64,000 nt of DNA, from assembly GCA_019057795.1 (NCBI GenBank), contig JAHLWS010000073.1:102455-166454 (forward strand), in the 5' to 3' direction. Positions 38,685 through 49,893 of the stretch are shown in pieces. Source of the stretch: Promethearchaeota archaeon (GTDB lineage Archaea > Asgardarchaeota > Lokiarchaeia > Sigyniarchaeales > SOKP01). Position 1 is the stretch's first letter. Each line of letters opens with the position of its first letter. The notes beneath the pieces were generated by a model that was not told the DNA's origin, did no database searches, and worked only from the letters and a program-made list of their open reading frames with translations. Both the position numbers and the translations under genes were made by a program.

Positions 38685-39941
38685 TTAAAGTTCGTATTGA
38701 TACTTAAATTCTTTATGCTCTAATCCTTCTTGAATCCCTTTTTTTAAATCCATTCTAATATTTTTAAGATATTTTCTAAATGTACCTCCATCAACTTCCA
38801 CAAGCTCCTTCACGGTACAAGAATCATTTTGTTCATTTTCTGGAGTAATTTCGTCCCACCTTACAATCCTTTTCTGTTGAGTCGAAATAAAAGGCATTTT
38901 AGCAAAAATGCTTAAATCCCTCCCTTGTTCGCCAGTATAAATCGGGTCGCTCTTTTCTTGTATAACACGAATAAAATGTTCAGTAGAATTAATAAAAGAA
39001 TATCTCCAATCCCGTGGTAATTCTTCTCCATAAGTTTTGACTTCACCACCACTATACACAACAATAGGTGGATATTGAGGCGTTTTAGATATCAGATTTC
39101 CTCCACAAGTACACTGGTTTAACCATATCATACCTTTCGTTCCAGAGATTTCAATAAATTCGTCACAATCGTAATAATTACTTGGATAATAAACATTAGG
39201 AGCAAGAGTAAACTGCATTGAACCGTATTTAGGGGGATCATCTAATTCTTTTTTGGGGTATTTCCAAAAAATGAGACTTGGTGAATCCATCACCGTCGAA
39301 AAATAATCGATCCAACTGTATAATTCATCGACTTTCTCTTGATCCATTAACCATAGCGCCATTGAGAATTTATGAATTCCATCATCATATATCCATGAAC
39401 CCCCTCCGCATTTATCAATATTACGACGCCAAAGAAGAGCTTTCATATCTACTGGCATACTTGGACCTCCCATGGCAATGGTATTTATTCTGAAATTTAA
39501 ACATTCTCCTATTATTCCTTGATCTAACAGCTCTTTTGCTCTTAAATAAACTGGATAAAACCTAAAGTTTTCAAATAGTTTAAGTTTTACATTTTCATCG
39601 TTACAAACACGAATCATGTTTTCACAGTCTGTTATAGTATGAGCCATTGGCTTTTGTACCGAAATTCCTGGAACTCCCGCTTTAGCACAATATGCTGTCA
39701 TTGGAGCGTGAAGATGATGTGGCGTTAAAATTTCTACGATATCAAGATCTTCGCGATCAATCATTTTCTTATAATCTTCGTATATTGGGACTGTCCGTAA
39801 GCCCCATCTTTCTAACTTTTTACCAGCAGTTTTTAAATCAGTATCGCTTACTCCCACAAGTTCAGTTTCTTGGGAACGAAGATATCCTAACACGTTTAAG
39901 TTTGCGATATCTCCACAACCAATTATCCCTACTCTCAACAT
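38685..39941 (-). CDS. Gfo/Idh/MocA family oxidoreductase (convergent paralog)
   Basis: GIIGCG, QKPMA and DDGIH motifs. Confidence 0.9.
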   Translation of the reverse strand: MLRVGIIGCGDIANLNVLGYLRSQETELVGVSDTDLKTAGKKLERWGLRTVPIYEDYKKMIDREDLDIVEILTPHHLHAPMTAYCAKAGVPGISVQKPMAHTITDCENMIRVCNDENVKLKLFENFRFYPVYLRAKELLDQGIIGECLNFRINTIAMGGPSMPVDMKALLWRRNIDKCGGGSWIYDDGIHKFSMALWLMDQEKVDELYSWIDYFSTVMDSPSLIFWKYPKKELDDPPKYGSMQFTLAPNVYYPSNYYDCDEFIEISGTKGMIWLNQCTCGGNLISKTPQYPPIVVYSGGEVKTYGEELPRDWRYSFINSTEHFIRVIQEKSDPIYTGEQGRDLSIFAKMPFISTQQKRIVRWDEITPENEQNDSCTVKELVEVDGGTFRKYLKNIRMDLKKGIQEGLEHKEFKYQYEL

Positions 39942-40155
39942 AATAGAACAGAAGTCATGTATTTAACGTTATCTTATTAAGTTTGCATAAAATTAAAAAG
40001 TTTTAGATGGAATTGATGCAAATTAATTTCTAAATTTAAAATTTTTATTGATATATTTTACTTCCGTACATTCTCAAAAAATAAAACTTTAAATAAACTT
40101 AAATCGTAATCTATAACTGTAACCTTATTAAAAAAAAAAAAGGTAGAAATTTAAA

Positions 40156-40584
40156 ATGGTTGACGAGAATTTAATAAAAGAATTAAAAGAAATGAGAGAA
40201 AAAGGTGCAAGCCAACCTTCTGACGCTCTCAAAATGTATGAGTTTGTCAAGCAAATGGCCGAGGAAAGCGAAGATTTAAAAGAAGAATTAGAAGATATCG
40301 ATCCTATGGCGGTTCAACTCGTAGTGACTGACGTTAATTATAAGTATTGGGTTACACTGGGAGACGGAAAGATCGATTATGGCGAAGGAGATGCTACTGA
40401 CCCGAGCGTTACCATGTCCGCGACAGGAGCAACTTGGGCAGGATTATCTTCTGGCGAATTAGATTCTACTAGCGCGTACATGTCTGGGGATCTAGTTATA
40501 GAAGGCAACCTTCAAGATGCTATCGCCTATGGGGAAATTGTTGGCCTAGCTATGGAAGAAGGAGCAGAATATTTTGAAGATTAA
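40156..40584 (+). CDS. SCP2 sterol/lipid-binding domain protein
   Basis: SGELDSTSAYMSGDLVIEGN motif. Confidence 0.88.
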   Translation: MVDENLIKELKEMREKGASQPSDALKMYEFVKQMAEESEDLKEELEDIDPMAVQLVVTDVNYKYWVTLGDGKIDYGEGDATDPSVTMSATGATWAGLSSGELDSTSAYMSGDLVIEGNLQDAIAYGEIVGLAMEEGAEYFED

Positions 40585-40712
40585 ATCTTCAATTATTATT
40601 TAAACATAATTTCACATCTTTTTTTTTATCCTTTTTTTAAAAAAAAAATAAAATTGTAATTCTAGTCTACATTTGATTTTATAAATATTATATTAAAAAT
40701 TTTTTAGCGATT

Positions 40713-42134
40713 ATGGTTGAAGAAGCTAGCCCCAGGGAGTTATTGGGATTTCGATTAATTGGTTATTCAATTGGAGATTTTGGAATATCATTAGTAAATA
40801 TATTATTCGGAACGTTTGTTTTCCAATTTTATGTGTATACAATTAATCTTAACTCAATACTTGTCTCAATTGGAATTTCAATGCAATTAATTATTGGTGC
40901 CTTTTTCTCAATAATATTTGGAGTTATTGTTGATAATAAAACACCCGGAAAATTGGGAAAAAGACGACCTTTTTTACTTTTTGCACTGCCATTATGGGTT
41001 TTAGCAAACATTTTAATATGGTTTCCTCCATGGTATGCTCCTCAAGCGGATTCTTTTTTTTGGCCAACGGCAATTTATTTATGGTTTATAATGATATTAC
41101 AAGCAATATCGGGTACATTAATTTTTAATGTTTACTTATCAATGTTACCAGAACAATCTCAGACTCAAAAAAACAGGAAAGTTGTTGCTTCTAATAGAGC
41201 CATATTTTCAATTATTGCTTCAATATTAGCATTATTGTTACCCTTAATAGTACAGAGTATACTCGCCGATCCTGAAAATGTAAAATGGTGGCAACCTTCA
41301 GGAGAATTAATACTTCTTTATATTCCAATGATAGGTATAACATTTGCTATTTTTGGGTTAATAACAATAATTTTCACTTTCTTTTCAGTAGACGAAAAAT
41401 TTCATAAAAATACCTCAATTAATGAAAAGAATAAAATATCGATTGTGTCTACTATTCAACAAATTGCAGTACCTATTAAAGATAAAAAATTTAGAAATTT
41501 CTTGGTAGTTAGGTTTTTTCAATCAATATCAGGAATCCTATTGGGGATTTTGGTATTCCCTTTTTTAGTGATTGTTCTTAAATTTAAAGAAAGCCAATTT
41601 TTTATATATGTAATAGTCTCTATTTTTAGTAAGTTTACCTGGTACTTTATATGGAGAAAAATCCTTACTAAAAGAAGTATCATAACAAAATATTTCGTAT
41701 GTATCGGACTTGCGGCAATTGCTTCATTATTAGAACTTCTCTTTTTGCTAGAGTTCCTTTCTTTTGAATTAAAAATTTTTATTTTTATACTATCAATTGG
41801 AACGGTATTAGGATCTATGTATGCGTTTCCATTATTTGCTATCCCTATTGGTGCTACTTTGGTTCATGAGGCCTCTCATAAAGATGAAAAATTAAATACT
41901 AGTATAGCAATCTCTAAATTATCAGGAGCTTATTATGGATCACTGACCTTTATTACATCTATTGGTCAAGCGCTTTCTTCAATCATATTAGGCTTTATTC
42001 TTTCTGGACCGAATGAAAATAATCCAATTATAATTACATTTTTATTATCATCCATGGGTATCTTCTACTTGATAAGCCTTCTATTTCTAAAAAACATTAA
42101 GTTAAATGAAGAGTTAAGTGAAATACCCACATAA
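40713..42134 (+). CDS. MFS transporter, GPH (MelB-like) family
   Basis: GKRRPFLL motif; about 12 TM helices. Confidence 0.88.
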   Translation: MVEEASPRELLGFRLIGYSIGDFGISLVNILFGTFVFQFYVYTINLNSILVSIGISMQLIIGAFFSIIFGVIVDNKTPGKLGKRRPFLLFALPLWVLANILIWFPPWYAPQADSFFWPTAIYLWFIMILQAISGTLIFNVYLSMLPEQSQTQKNRKVVASNRAIFSIIASILALLLPLIVQSILADPENVKWWQPSGELILLYIPMIGITFAIFGLITIIFTFFSVDEKFHKNTSINEKNKISIVSTIQQIAVPIKDKKFRNFLVVRFFQSISGILLGILVFPFLVIVLKFKESQFFIYVIVSIFSKFTWYFIWRKILTKRSIITKYFVCIGLAAIASLLELLFLLEFLSFELKIFIFILSIGTVLGSMYAFPLFAIPIGATLVHEASHKDEKLNTSIAISKLSGAYYGSLTFITSIGQALSSIILGFILSGPNENNPIIITFLLSSMGIFYLISLLFLKNIKLNEELSEIPT

Positions 42135-42209
42135 AATAACGAGCTTTCCCAATAAATCACATATATGAAAGAAAAAAAGCAATAGTAAGAAAATTGTAAA
42201 AATACAAAT

Positions 42210-44255
42210 TTATCCGATATATTCGATTTTACATTGAAGACGAATATCCCGTGAAGAGCTTCCAATTAAAATGTTGAATAAACCCTCCTCTACTTTCCAT
42301 TTACTGCTTACATCATCATAAAAAGAGAGATCGCTCTTTTCTAATTCAAATACAACATTAGTTTTTTCCCCAGAATTAAGATTTACTTTTTTAAATCCTT
42401 TCAATTCTTTTAATGGTCTCTCTACGCTAGATTCTATATCTTTAATATATAATTGTATAACTTCAGCTCCAACGCATTTACCTGAGTTTATGATGTCAAC
42501 TGATACTTTAAACGTGTCATCTCCTCTTACCTTTTCTTTATTAATTATTACATTTTCATAGACGAAAGTAGTATAAGATAACCCATGACCAAAAGGAAAG
42601 AGTGGTTCGATATCTTTTGTGTCAAAATGGCGATATCCAACAAAAATTCCCTCATCGTAAAAAACCTTATCATCCCCCGGGTAAGTTCTCTTTGACACAT
42701 GAGCGGGTGAATCTGAAAGTTTTTTTGGAAATGTCATAGTGAGTTTTCCAGAAGGGGTCACATCTCCAAATAAAATGTTAGCTATAGCGTGTCCAGCCTC
42801 CATTCCTCCGTACCAAGCTTCAATAACAGAAGGAACGTTATCGATCCAATCTTCCATGGCTATAGGGCTTCCATTGATGAGTACTACGATAGTTTTGGGA
42901 TTTTCCTTTACTGTTTTATTAATTAATTCAATTTGATCTGAAGGCAATTCAAACGCTTTTTTATCTACGCCTTCAGCATCCATACCTGGATCGTGATTGA
43001 GTCCAGCGAAAATTATCGTTACATCTGCTTTTGAAGGTGTATCTATAATTTCTAATTTATCCTTACATTTCTGCTTTAAACCCTCAAGAGGGGTAATCTC
43101 GTATGGAGGATAATTAACTGAGCTACCGCCCCCCCCAGATAATATACCACCCTCTACTATTTTAAAGTTCGCATTTGGTCCAATAACAGCTAACCTTTTT
43201 ATTGTATCGATATCTAAGGGTAGTAAAGATTCCTCGTTTTTCAAAAGTACGATCCCTTCTTCGGCTATCTTGCGAGCTACCGCTTGATGTTCAAGAGTAT
43301 TTCTACTACCGCGAGGGAGCGTATTCTCAGCGTCATATAATCCAACTAAAAACATAACCCTTAGTAATCTCTTGACATTATCGTTTAATGAGTCTTCGGT
43401 GAATTTACCTTCTTGAAAGGCTTTTTTCATATTTCTTTTATTATACTTTTTTGCTGTAGGCATTTCGAGAGATAAACCCGCTGTAACACAACTTCCTGTA
43501 CTTGTATTAGCTGTGGCATTCCAATCTGAAACTGTGAATCCTCTAAAGCCCCATTGTTCCATCAATCTTTCTCTTAATAGATTATAATTCTCTGATCCGT
43601 AAATTCCATTTACTTTGTTATAACAAGTCATGAAGGACCACGCATCAGCTTCTTGGACGGTCGCCTTAAAAGCGGGTAAATATATTTCTTGGAGCGCCCG
43701 TTCGCTCACTTCGGAACTCACTGTGAATCTATTTGTTTCTTGATTGTTACATATGAAGTGTTTTACACACGCCGCAATTTTTTGGCTTTGAATTCCTTTC
43801 ACGGTAGCAACAGCAAGAACTTTATTTAAATGTGGGTCCTCTGTTTGATACTCAAAAGTCCTTCCATTCATTGGAGTTCTTTGAATATTGATACCAGGAG
43901 CTAGTAGCATGTGAGCACCAACCTCAAGAACTTCTTCTGCTACAGCTTTCCCAAATTCGTGAGATAGTTTAGGATTCCATGTTGCTGTCCTACAAATACC
44001 TGAAGGAAAATAGGTACACTTTATTTCACCCTCAGTGTCGGGTCGAACACCGTGAGGACCATCGTACATCGTAAATGGTTTGATTCCTAACCTCTTTACA
44101 GGTTTAGTATGCCACATAAATCTTCCAGAGCATAGCTTAAATTTTTCCTCAAGCGTTAATCTATTTAATAAATCTTCTACCCGATTTTCCAAATTAAGGT
44201 TGCTATCCATAAATGGTAATTTTTGGAGTTGTTCTTTTGAATAAATCTCGTTCAT
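42210..44255 (-). CDS. GH3 beta-glucosidase with a C-terminal Fn3-like domain
   Basis: DGPHG, KHF, VSDW and PFGHGLSYT motifs. Confidence 0.95.
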   Translation of the reverse strand: MNEIYSKEQLQKLPFMDSNLNLENRVEDLLNRLTLEEKFKLCSGRFMWHTKPVKRLGIKPFTMYDGPHGVRPDTEGEIKCTYFPSGICRTATWNPKLSHEFGKAVAEEVLEVGAHMLLAPGINIQRTPMNGRTFEYQTEDPHLNKVLAVATVKGIQSQKIAACVKHFICNNQETNRFTVSSEVSERALQEIYLPAFKATVQEADAWSFMTCYNKVNGIYGSENYNLLRERLMEQWGFRGFTVSDWNATANTSTGSCVTAGLSLEMPTAKKYNKRNMKKAFQEGKFTEDSLNDNVKRLLRVMFLVGLYDAENTLPRGSRNTLEHQAVARKIAEEGIVLLKNEESLLPLDIDTIKRLAVIGPNANFKIVEGGILSGGGGSSVNYPPYEITPLEGLKQKCKDKLEIIDTPSKADVTIIFAGLNHDPGMDAEGVDKKAFELPSDQIELINKTVKENPKTIVVLINGSPIAMEDWIDNVPSVIEAWYGGMEAGHAIANILFGDVTPSGKLTMTFPKKLSDSPAHVSKRTYPGDDKVFYDEGIFVGYRHFDTKDIEPLFPFGHGLSYTTFVYENVIINKEKVRGDDTFKVSVDIINSGKCVGAEVIQLYIKDIESSVERPLKELKGFKKVNLNSGEKTNVVFELEKSDLSFYDDVSSKWKVEEGLFNILIGSSSRDIRLQCKIEYIG

Positions 44256-44337
44256 ATCAATTATCCCTTAATAATTTATTATACAAGTTAAAATGCAGAA
44301 TTAAAAATAACTTTTCATAAAAAAAAAAATAAAATGA

Positions 44338-45720
44338 TTAAAGATTCATTTCTTCTATTTTCAATTTGAGATCTATAGCCTCTTCTTTTGATATTTTATA
44401 CAGGAAGAAGAAAGCGGTCGTACCAATTATAGTTATAATCATTGGAATTATTGACATTTGAAAAAGTAAACCAAACTTTGCAGCATCAGTGTTCCCTGTT
44501 GTTAGAATTGGATCGTAACCCGTAAATATTGCTACAATCGCAAAAATTACTGTCTGAAAAAAGTATGAGAAAGCTGTGAAAATCTTGTAAATGCCTGAAT
44601 AACTTCCTTCTTCGCGTTTTCCGGAATTAACTGTTGCGTTGTCTATACCTTGTGCTCTCAGTAATCCAAAAATGACTCCCGCAGTTGCACTAAACCCAAC
44701 ACCCGCCAAAGCAAATACTAAAGCTAAACTAATTAAATCAGTAACAAACACCAATGAGAAATACGCGATAATATTAAAAAACATACCCGCTATATATGCA
44801 TTTCTAACACCGATTTTTCTAGAAATCCATGTCCACAAAGGAGCAAGAAGAAATCCAACACTATTCACCATCAAAAGAGGTAGATAAGTAGCCCCTATCT
44901 CTAAACCTAATGAATGTGTTACATAAAAATTAAGCCCATATAGAAAACACGCCCCAGCTACAGACCAGGAAAAACCTGCGATTGTAATTCCCATCCAACA
45001 ACGATCCTTAAAAACCCGTTTAACCACTTCACCCACAGGTGACGATCCCCTTTGTGAACTGTCCAATTCAGCACGAAATTCCTTCATTTCTTTAGGTTCT
45101 CGAATTCCAAAACTATATGGAATGACCAAAATGTAACCAATAATAACAACAAGAAAAACCGTTCCTAAATATCCAATTGACGATATGAATCTAGGGATTA
45201 AGACACTGATAAAAATTGTTGCTATACCCCCTATAATTGCTCCTATAACGATAACCTTTCTTCTATGGGAATCTTCCCTAAATAAATCGGGAAATAAAGC
45301 CATTTCATTAATCTCACTTGACGACATAAAAGTATCATATACCGTCATAATAACTATTAGCCAAATTACAGATATCAGAATGTCAGGAGAAATTTGGATA
45401 AAACTTAAGATTAAAAAAATTGGACCTATAACCAAACCTCCAATAATCCACGGAAATCTCTTTCCAAATCTTGAGGTCAATTTGTTGGATTTATCAGCTA
45501 GGTATCCAATTATTGGATCGTTTACACTATCTATAATCGAATATATTAAATATATCAATGGAATTACTGCTGTTGGTATTAATAGAATACTAACCGCAAA
45601 ATATTGAATTTGACCCCACATAGTGAACAATAAACCACTACTTATACCCCCAAGAGTATAAAAAACCATTTTTTTTGTTGTTATTGTATCAGAAAATTTC
45701 ATTTTTTTTTGTTCTGTCAT
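44338..45720 (-). CDS. MFS transporter, GPH family
   Basis: NDPIIG, GKRFPW and REEG motifs. Confidence 0.88.
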   Translation of the reverse strand: MTEQKKMKFSDTITTKKMVFYTLGGISSGLLFTMWGQIQYFAVSILLIPTAVIPLIYLIYSIIDSVNDPIIGYLADKSNKLTSRFGKRFPWIIGGLVIGPIFLILSFIQISPDILISVIWLIVIMTVYDTFMSSSEINEMALFPDLFREDSHRRKVIVIGAIIGGIATIFISVLIPRFISSIGYLGTVFLVVIIGYILVIPYSFGIREPKEMKEFRAELDSSQRGSSPVGEVVKRVFKDRCWMGITIAGFSWSVAGACFLYGLNFYVTHSLGLEIGATYLPLLMVNSVGFLLAPLWTWISRKIGVRNAYIAGMFFNIIAYFSLVFVTDLISLALVFALAGVGFSATAGVIFGLLRAQGIDNATVNSGKREEGSYSGIYKIFTAFSYFFQTVIFAIVAIFTGYDPILTTGNTDAAKFGLLFQMSIIPMIITIIGTTAFFFLYKISKEEAIDLKLKIEEMNL

Positions 45721-45938
45721 GATATATTCACTTGAAATATTGCATATCTAATTTAAATAAAGTAGTATTTATAGATTTTTAAAAAAAACCAAAATTGGAC
45801 AAAAAACTAGTATGACAAAAAGAATAACATTCTTTTTAAGATTGTAACACTTAATATTCGAATGAGTGGGATTTTATTTTTAATAAATAAAATTTTCTCT
45901 GGTTCATTAACAAAAATTATTAAAAGGACCGACTTTCT

Positions 45939-46679
45939 ATGAATATTTTATTTGATTTACTGCTTTTACTATTAACATTTGTCTATGTTTTTGCAACTAT
46001 TTTAATACCAGTTCAATTGAAGAAGAGAGATAAAATCACTAAATTCCAAGCTCGTAAAATGGTTCATTTATTTGCTGGGTTAAGTATTTTAATAACTCCA
46101 TATTTTACAACGCCATGGTGGGCTGTATTATTGGCTAGTTCAATGACAATTTTAACTTTTTTGAGTTCAAAAAAAAGTAAAGTAAAACAGTTAAGAGATT
46201 TATACGATTCAATAGGAGAAGAAGCAGAAGAAAAAGCGGGTTATTTACAGGGGCCATTTCATTATTGCTTATCGATTACAATATTGATCACACTTTTTGT
46301 TATTATAGCTCCAGATCAAATGTATTTCCCAATTGCAGGAATTCTATTAATGATTATCTCTGATACTCTAGCATCGGTAATTGGCAAAAAATACGGAAAA
46401 ATAAAAATAAATATTCCGTGGGTAAACACTACGAGGACTTTGGAAGGGTCGTTAGCATTTTTTGTAAGTGGATTTATGCTTTGTTTCATTGCTTTTATGT
46501 TTTTAGGAGTCACAAATCCAATAACGCAAATTCATATTTCATTAGAAGCTGCGCTTTTATATTCACTAATTACCAGTGTTTTAGCAACAATAATAGAGCT
46601 AATTTCTCCTAGTACGTGGGATGATCTAACGGTCCCAATTTTGACAACGCTAATAATTTTTCTAATAACATTAATTTAA
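45939..46679 (+). CDS. CTP-dependent isoprenol (phytol/dolichol) kinase family protein
   Basis: RKMVH, SDTLASVIG, RTLEGS and DDLTVP motifs. Confidence 0.85.
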   Translation: MNILFDLLLLLLTFVYVFATILIPVQLKKRDKITKFQARKMVHLFAGLSILITPYFTTPWWAVLLASSMTILTFLSSKKSKVKQLRDLYDSIGEEAEEKAGYLQGPFHYCLSITILITLFVIIAPDQMYFPIAGILLMIISDTLASVIGKKYGKIKINIPWVNTTRTLEGSLAFFVSGFMLCFIAFMFLGVTNPITQIHISLEAALLYSLITSVLATIIELISPSTWDDLTVPILTTLIIFLITLI

Positions 46680-46752
46680 TCTTAAATCTAACTTTTTATT
46701 TTTTATTATCATTAGAGCTATTGTTATCATCTAAAAAATAAAGAAAATCAAA

Positions 46753-48147
46753 ATGGAAAATTTAAAGAATAATTTTGACGTAATCGTAGTTGGAGCGGGA
46801 ACGGGAGGCAGTACAGCTGCTCGGTTTGCCGCTGAAAAAGGTTTAAAAGTTTGCCTTATCGACAGGAAGGAAAAAAACAAAATCGGCGATAAAATTTGTG
46901 GGGACGCTGTTGGAACAGACATTTTTGATTTTTTAAGTATTAACCATCCAAAAGATGAAGAGCTTTCATGCCGTATCAAAGGTGCGAAATTATTTACTCC
47001 AGATCTAAAAAAATGTATCGATTTAATTGATTCGAAGCAAGCAGGTTATATTGTTAATAGAATAGAGTTTGGGCAAAGATTACTTAACGAAGCGTTAGAT
47101 GCCGGTGTAGAGCTGTTTATGGATAAGACTATGGTCTTAGACTTATTATATAACAAGAATTTTGTTGCTGGGGTAAAAGTAAAGCTAAAAAATGGAGATA
47201 AAATAGATTTGAAATCTAAACTTGTAATTGATGCCTCTGGATTTTATTCTCCAATTAGAAAGAAAGTAAATAGCGCTTTAATTGAAAAAGAGATTTTAAA
47301 GGAAGATTGTATTCTTTGTTACAGGGAAATTGTAAAGTTCTCTCCTCAAGACCTAAAAGTCAAAGATCCTGAATATATTTCAATAATTTTAAATAGCGAA
47401 AAAGCACCGGGAGGTTATATTTGGTATTTCCCAAAAAATGAGTCATCCGTCAATATTGGTATAGGGATGTTTATGGATTACAAAGGTAAAGTAAAAAACT
47501 TCTATCAACAAAATGTTTTTAAAGAATATATTAAAACTTTAAAGTATGAAATTATTTCTTCTGGAGGGGGCGTAGTGCCCGTTAGAAAGCCTATTTGGTC
47601 GTGCGCAGACGATGGTATTATGCTCGTTGGAGACGCTGCTTGCCAAGTTAATCCACTTCATGGAGGTGGGATCGATCCATCAATGAGAGGAGGTTTTTTT
47701 GCTGCTAACACTGCTTTAACCGCTATTGAAAAAGAAGATTACTCAATCAACGCATTATGGGGTTATAATTATAGCGTAATGACCAGTTTCGGCGCAGAAT
47801 TTGCTTCATTAGATTTGCTAAGAATGACTCTCCAAGTTCTATCCAACGAGGATCTAAATTTTGCTTTGCAACAAGATTTACTAAGTGGAGAAGAAATTCT
47901 TGAAATCTCTTCAACTGGACGAATGGATTTATCGTTACTTAACATGGTAACAAAGGTGTTTAAAGGGCTATCTAAGCCAAAACTATTATTAGATTTAAAT
48001 TACCTTAGAATAAGGATGAACGAAATTTCTAAATTATACAAAAATTTTCCTAATGATATTGTAAAATTTGGGGAATGGAAGAGTCGGGTTACACAAGTAT
48101 ATGATAAAATTAAGAAAACGTTAATAAAGACTAAAATAGTAAATTAA
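46753..48147 (+). CDS. Digeranylgeranylglycerophospholipid (geranylgeranyl) reductase
   Basis: GAGTGG, APGGYIWYFP and GDAA...GGGI motifs; clustered with GGGPS and DGGGPS. Confidence 0.9.
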   Translation: MENLKNNFDVIVVGAGTGGSTAARFAAEKGLKVCLIDRKEKNKIGDKICGDAVGTDIFDFLSINHPKDEELSCRIKGAKLFTPDLKKCIDLIDSKQAGYIVNRIEFGQRLLNEALDAGVELFMDKTMVLDLLYNKNFVAGVKVKLKNGDKIDLKSKLVIDASGFYSPIRKKVNSALIEKEILKEDCILCYREIVKFSPQDLKVKDPEYISIILNSEKAPGGYIWYFPKNESSVNIGIGMFMDYKGKVKNFYQQNVFKEYIKTLKYEIISSGGGVVPVRKPIWSCADDGIMLVGDAACQVNPLHGGGIDPSMRGGFFAANTALTAIEKEDYSINALWGYNYSVMTSFGAEFASLDLLRMTLQVLSNEDLNFALQQDLLSGEEILEISSTGRMDLSLLNMVTKVFKGLSKPKLLLDLNYLRIRMNEISKLYKNFPNDIVKFGEWKSRVTQVYDKIKKTLIKTKIVN

Positions 48148-48156
48148 TTATAATAA

Positions 48157-48984
48157 GTGAATTTTATGGTTGATACGTTGACTAAAAATACCTTGAAGAC
48201 AACCACCTACGAATATCTAATAAATAAAATAAATCGAGATGGCACGCTCCACTTTTCCTTAATAGATCCTGATCCCACTAAGCAAAATCCCACCAAAGCA
48301 GGAAAAATGGCATTTTTTGCTGAGCAAGCAGGAACTGATGCTATTTTAATCGGTGGAAGTACTGTTTTTGACCAAAGATTTGTTGATGAGACAATATTGG
48401 CAATTAAAGAAAAAGTAAGTTTACCAATAATAATTTTTCCGGGAGGTATCGCAAATGTTTCAAAAGAAGCAGATGCTATTTTATTCATGTCTATTTTAAA
48501 TTCTGAAGATCCTTATTTTATTGTTGGACAACAAGCGCTTGCTTCATATACTGTGAAAATGTCTAACCTTGAAATAATATCCACAGCATATTTAATTATC
48601 GAACCTGGTGGTACTGCTGGATGGATAAGTAAAGCTAAACTACTTCCAAGAAAAAAACCTAAATTAACTGCTGCTTACTCATTAGCAGCTGAATATTTTG
48701 GCTTTAAACTTATATATCTAGAAGCTGGTTCTGGTAGTGAAAGTATTCCCACCGAAATTATTCGGCTTTGTTCAAATATGTTAAGCATTCCAATAATTGT
48801 GGGTGGAGGTGTTAGTAGTATAGAAGACGCTAGAAACTTTGTTGAAGCAGGGGCAGACATCATCGTAATGGGAACATTTTTAGAAAATAAAGTATTAAAA
48901 GACGATGGGAACTCTCTAAAAGCTATTATTGACGAAATAAAGAAAGCTGGTAAAAGTCGTAAAAATAATTATAAAAAAAATTAA
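48157..48984 (+). CDS. Geranylgeranylglyceryl phosphate synthase
   Basis: LIDPD, IGGS, YLEAGSG and VGGG motifs. Confidence 0.93.
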   Translation: MNFMVDTLTKNTLKTTTYEYLINKINRDGTLHFSLIDPDPTKQNPTKAGKMAFFAEQAGTDAILIGGSTVFDQRFVDETILAIKEKVSLPIIIFPGGIANVSKEADAILFMSILNSEDPYFIVGQQALASYTVKMSNLEIISTAYLIIEPGGTAGWISKAKLLPRKKPKLTAAYSLAAEYFGFKLIYLEAGSGSESIPTEIIRLCSNMLSIPIIVGGGVSSIEDARNFVEAGADIIVMGTFLENKVLKDDGNSLKAIIDEIKKAGKSRKNNYKKN

Positions 48985-49006
48985 AAATCCTTTAATTGTT
49001 TTTAAT

Positions 49007-49879
49007 ATGAGATTTAAAGACGCTATTGAAATTATACGGCCTATAAACTGCTTAATGGGGGCTTTAACAGTAATTATTGGCTTATTAAATACCAGATTAG
49101 GAATTCCATTAGATAAGTTATTAATTAATATAATTTTAGGCGTTTTTACATATATTTTTATTGCAGCTTCAGGAATGGTTATCAACGACATTTACGATAT
49201 TGAAATAGATAAAATCAATAGACCAGAACGCCCTATTCCAAGAGGTTCAATAAATTTAAAGCAAGCAAAATTACTCTATTCAATTTATCTTATTATCGGA
49301 TTAGCTCTTAGCGTTTTCCATAGTATTTTTTTTAATATAGGGTTATTAAATATCGTGTTAGCGTCGTTTTTTGGATTCATAGGTTGGTTGTATGCCGCAT
49401 ACGGTAAAAAGAGTGGTTTTTTTGGAAATATGGCAGTGGGTATTTCTTTTTCAATTGGTATGATTTATGGAGCGGTATTAAACAGTTCATCTATTCCTCC
49501 TTTCATTTATTTTTTCTTTATAACGGCATTCTCTCTTTTAGTTTCTCGAGAAATCATTAAAGGTTGTGAAGATATTGAAGGCGATAAAAATCATGGGGTT
49601 AAAACATTAGCTATTAAGATTGGAATTAGAAAATCTACCTATATTTCCTTAGTTTTTTCAATTACAGCAATAGTATTTTTTATATTACCTATTTTTACAA
49701 ACATTATAAATCCATTCTTTTTTATGGTTTTAATGGTTTTTGGTCTAATTGATGTACTTTACGCAATTTTTTTAATGTTTACTACGAAATTGGAAAGAAA
49801 GGATTTTAAAAGGATTAGTTTACTGTTAAAAATTGGAGCATTTCTAGGGTTAATTGCTTTTCTTTTTGCTAGCATTTAA
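49007..49879 (+). CDS. Digeranylgeranylglyceryl phosphate synthase (UbiA family)
   Basis: NDIYDIEIDKINRPERPIP and REIIKGCEDIEGD motifs. Confidence 0.92.
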   Translation: MRFKDAIEIIRPINCLMGALTVIIGLLNTRLGIPLDKLLINIILGVFTYIFIAASGMVINDIYDIEIDKINRPERPIPRGSINLKQAKLLYSIYLIIGLALSVFHSIFFNIGLLNIVLASFFGFIGWLYAAYGKKSGFFGNMAVGISFSIGMIYGAVLNSSSIPPFIYFFFITAFSLLVSREIIKGCEDIEGDKNHGVKTLAIKIGIRKSTYISLVFSITAIVFFILPIFTNIINPFFFMVLMVFGLIDVLYAIFLMFTTKLERKDFKRISLLLKIGAFLGLIAFLFASI

Positions 49880-49893
49880 TACGCTTTTATAAA

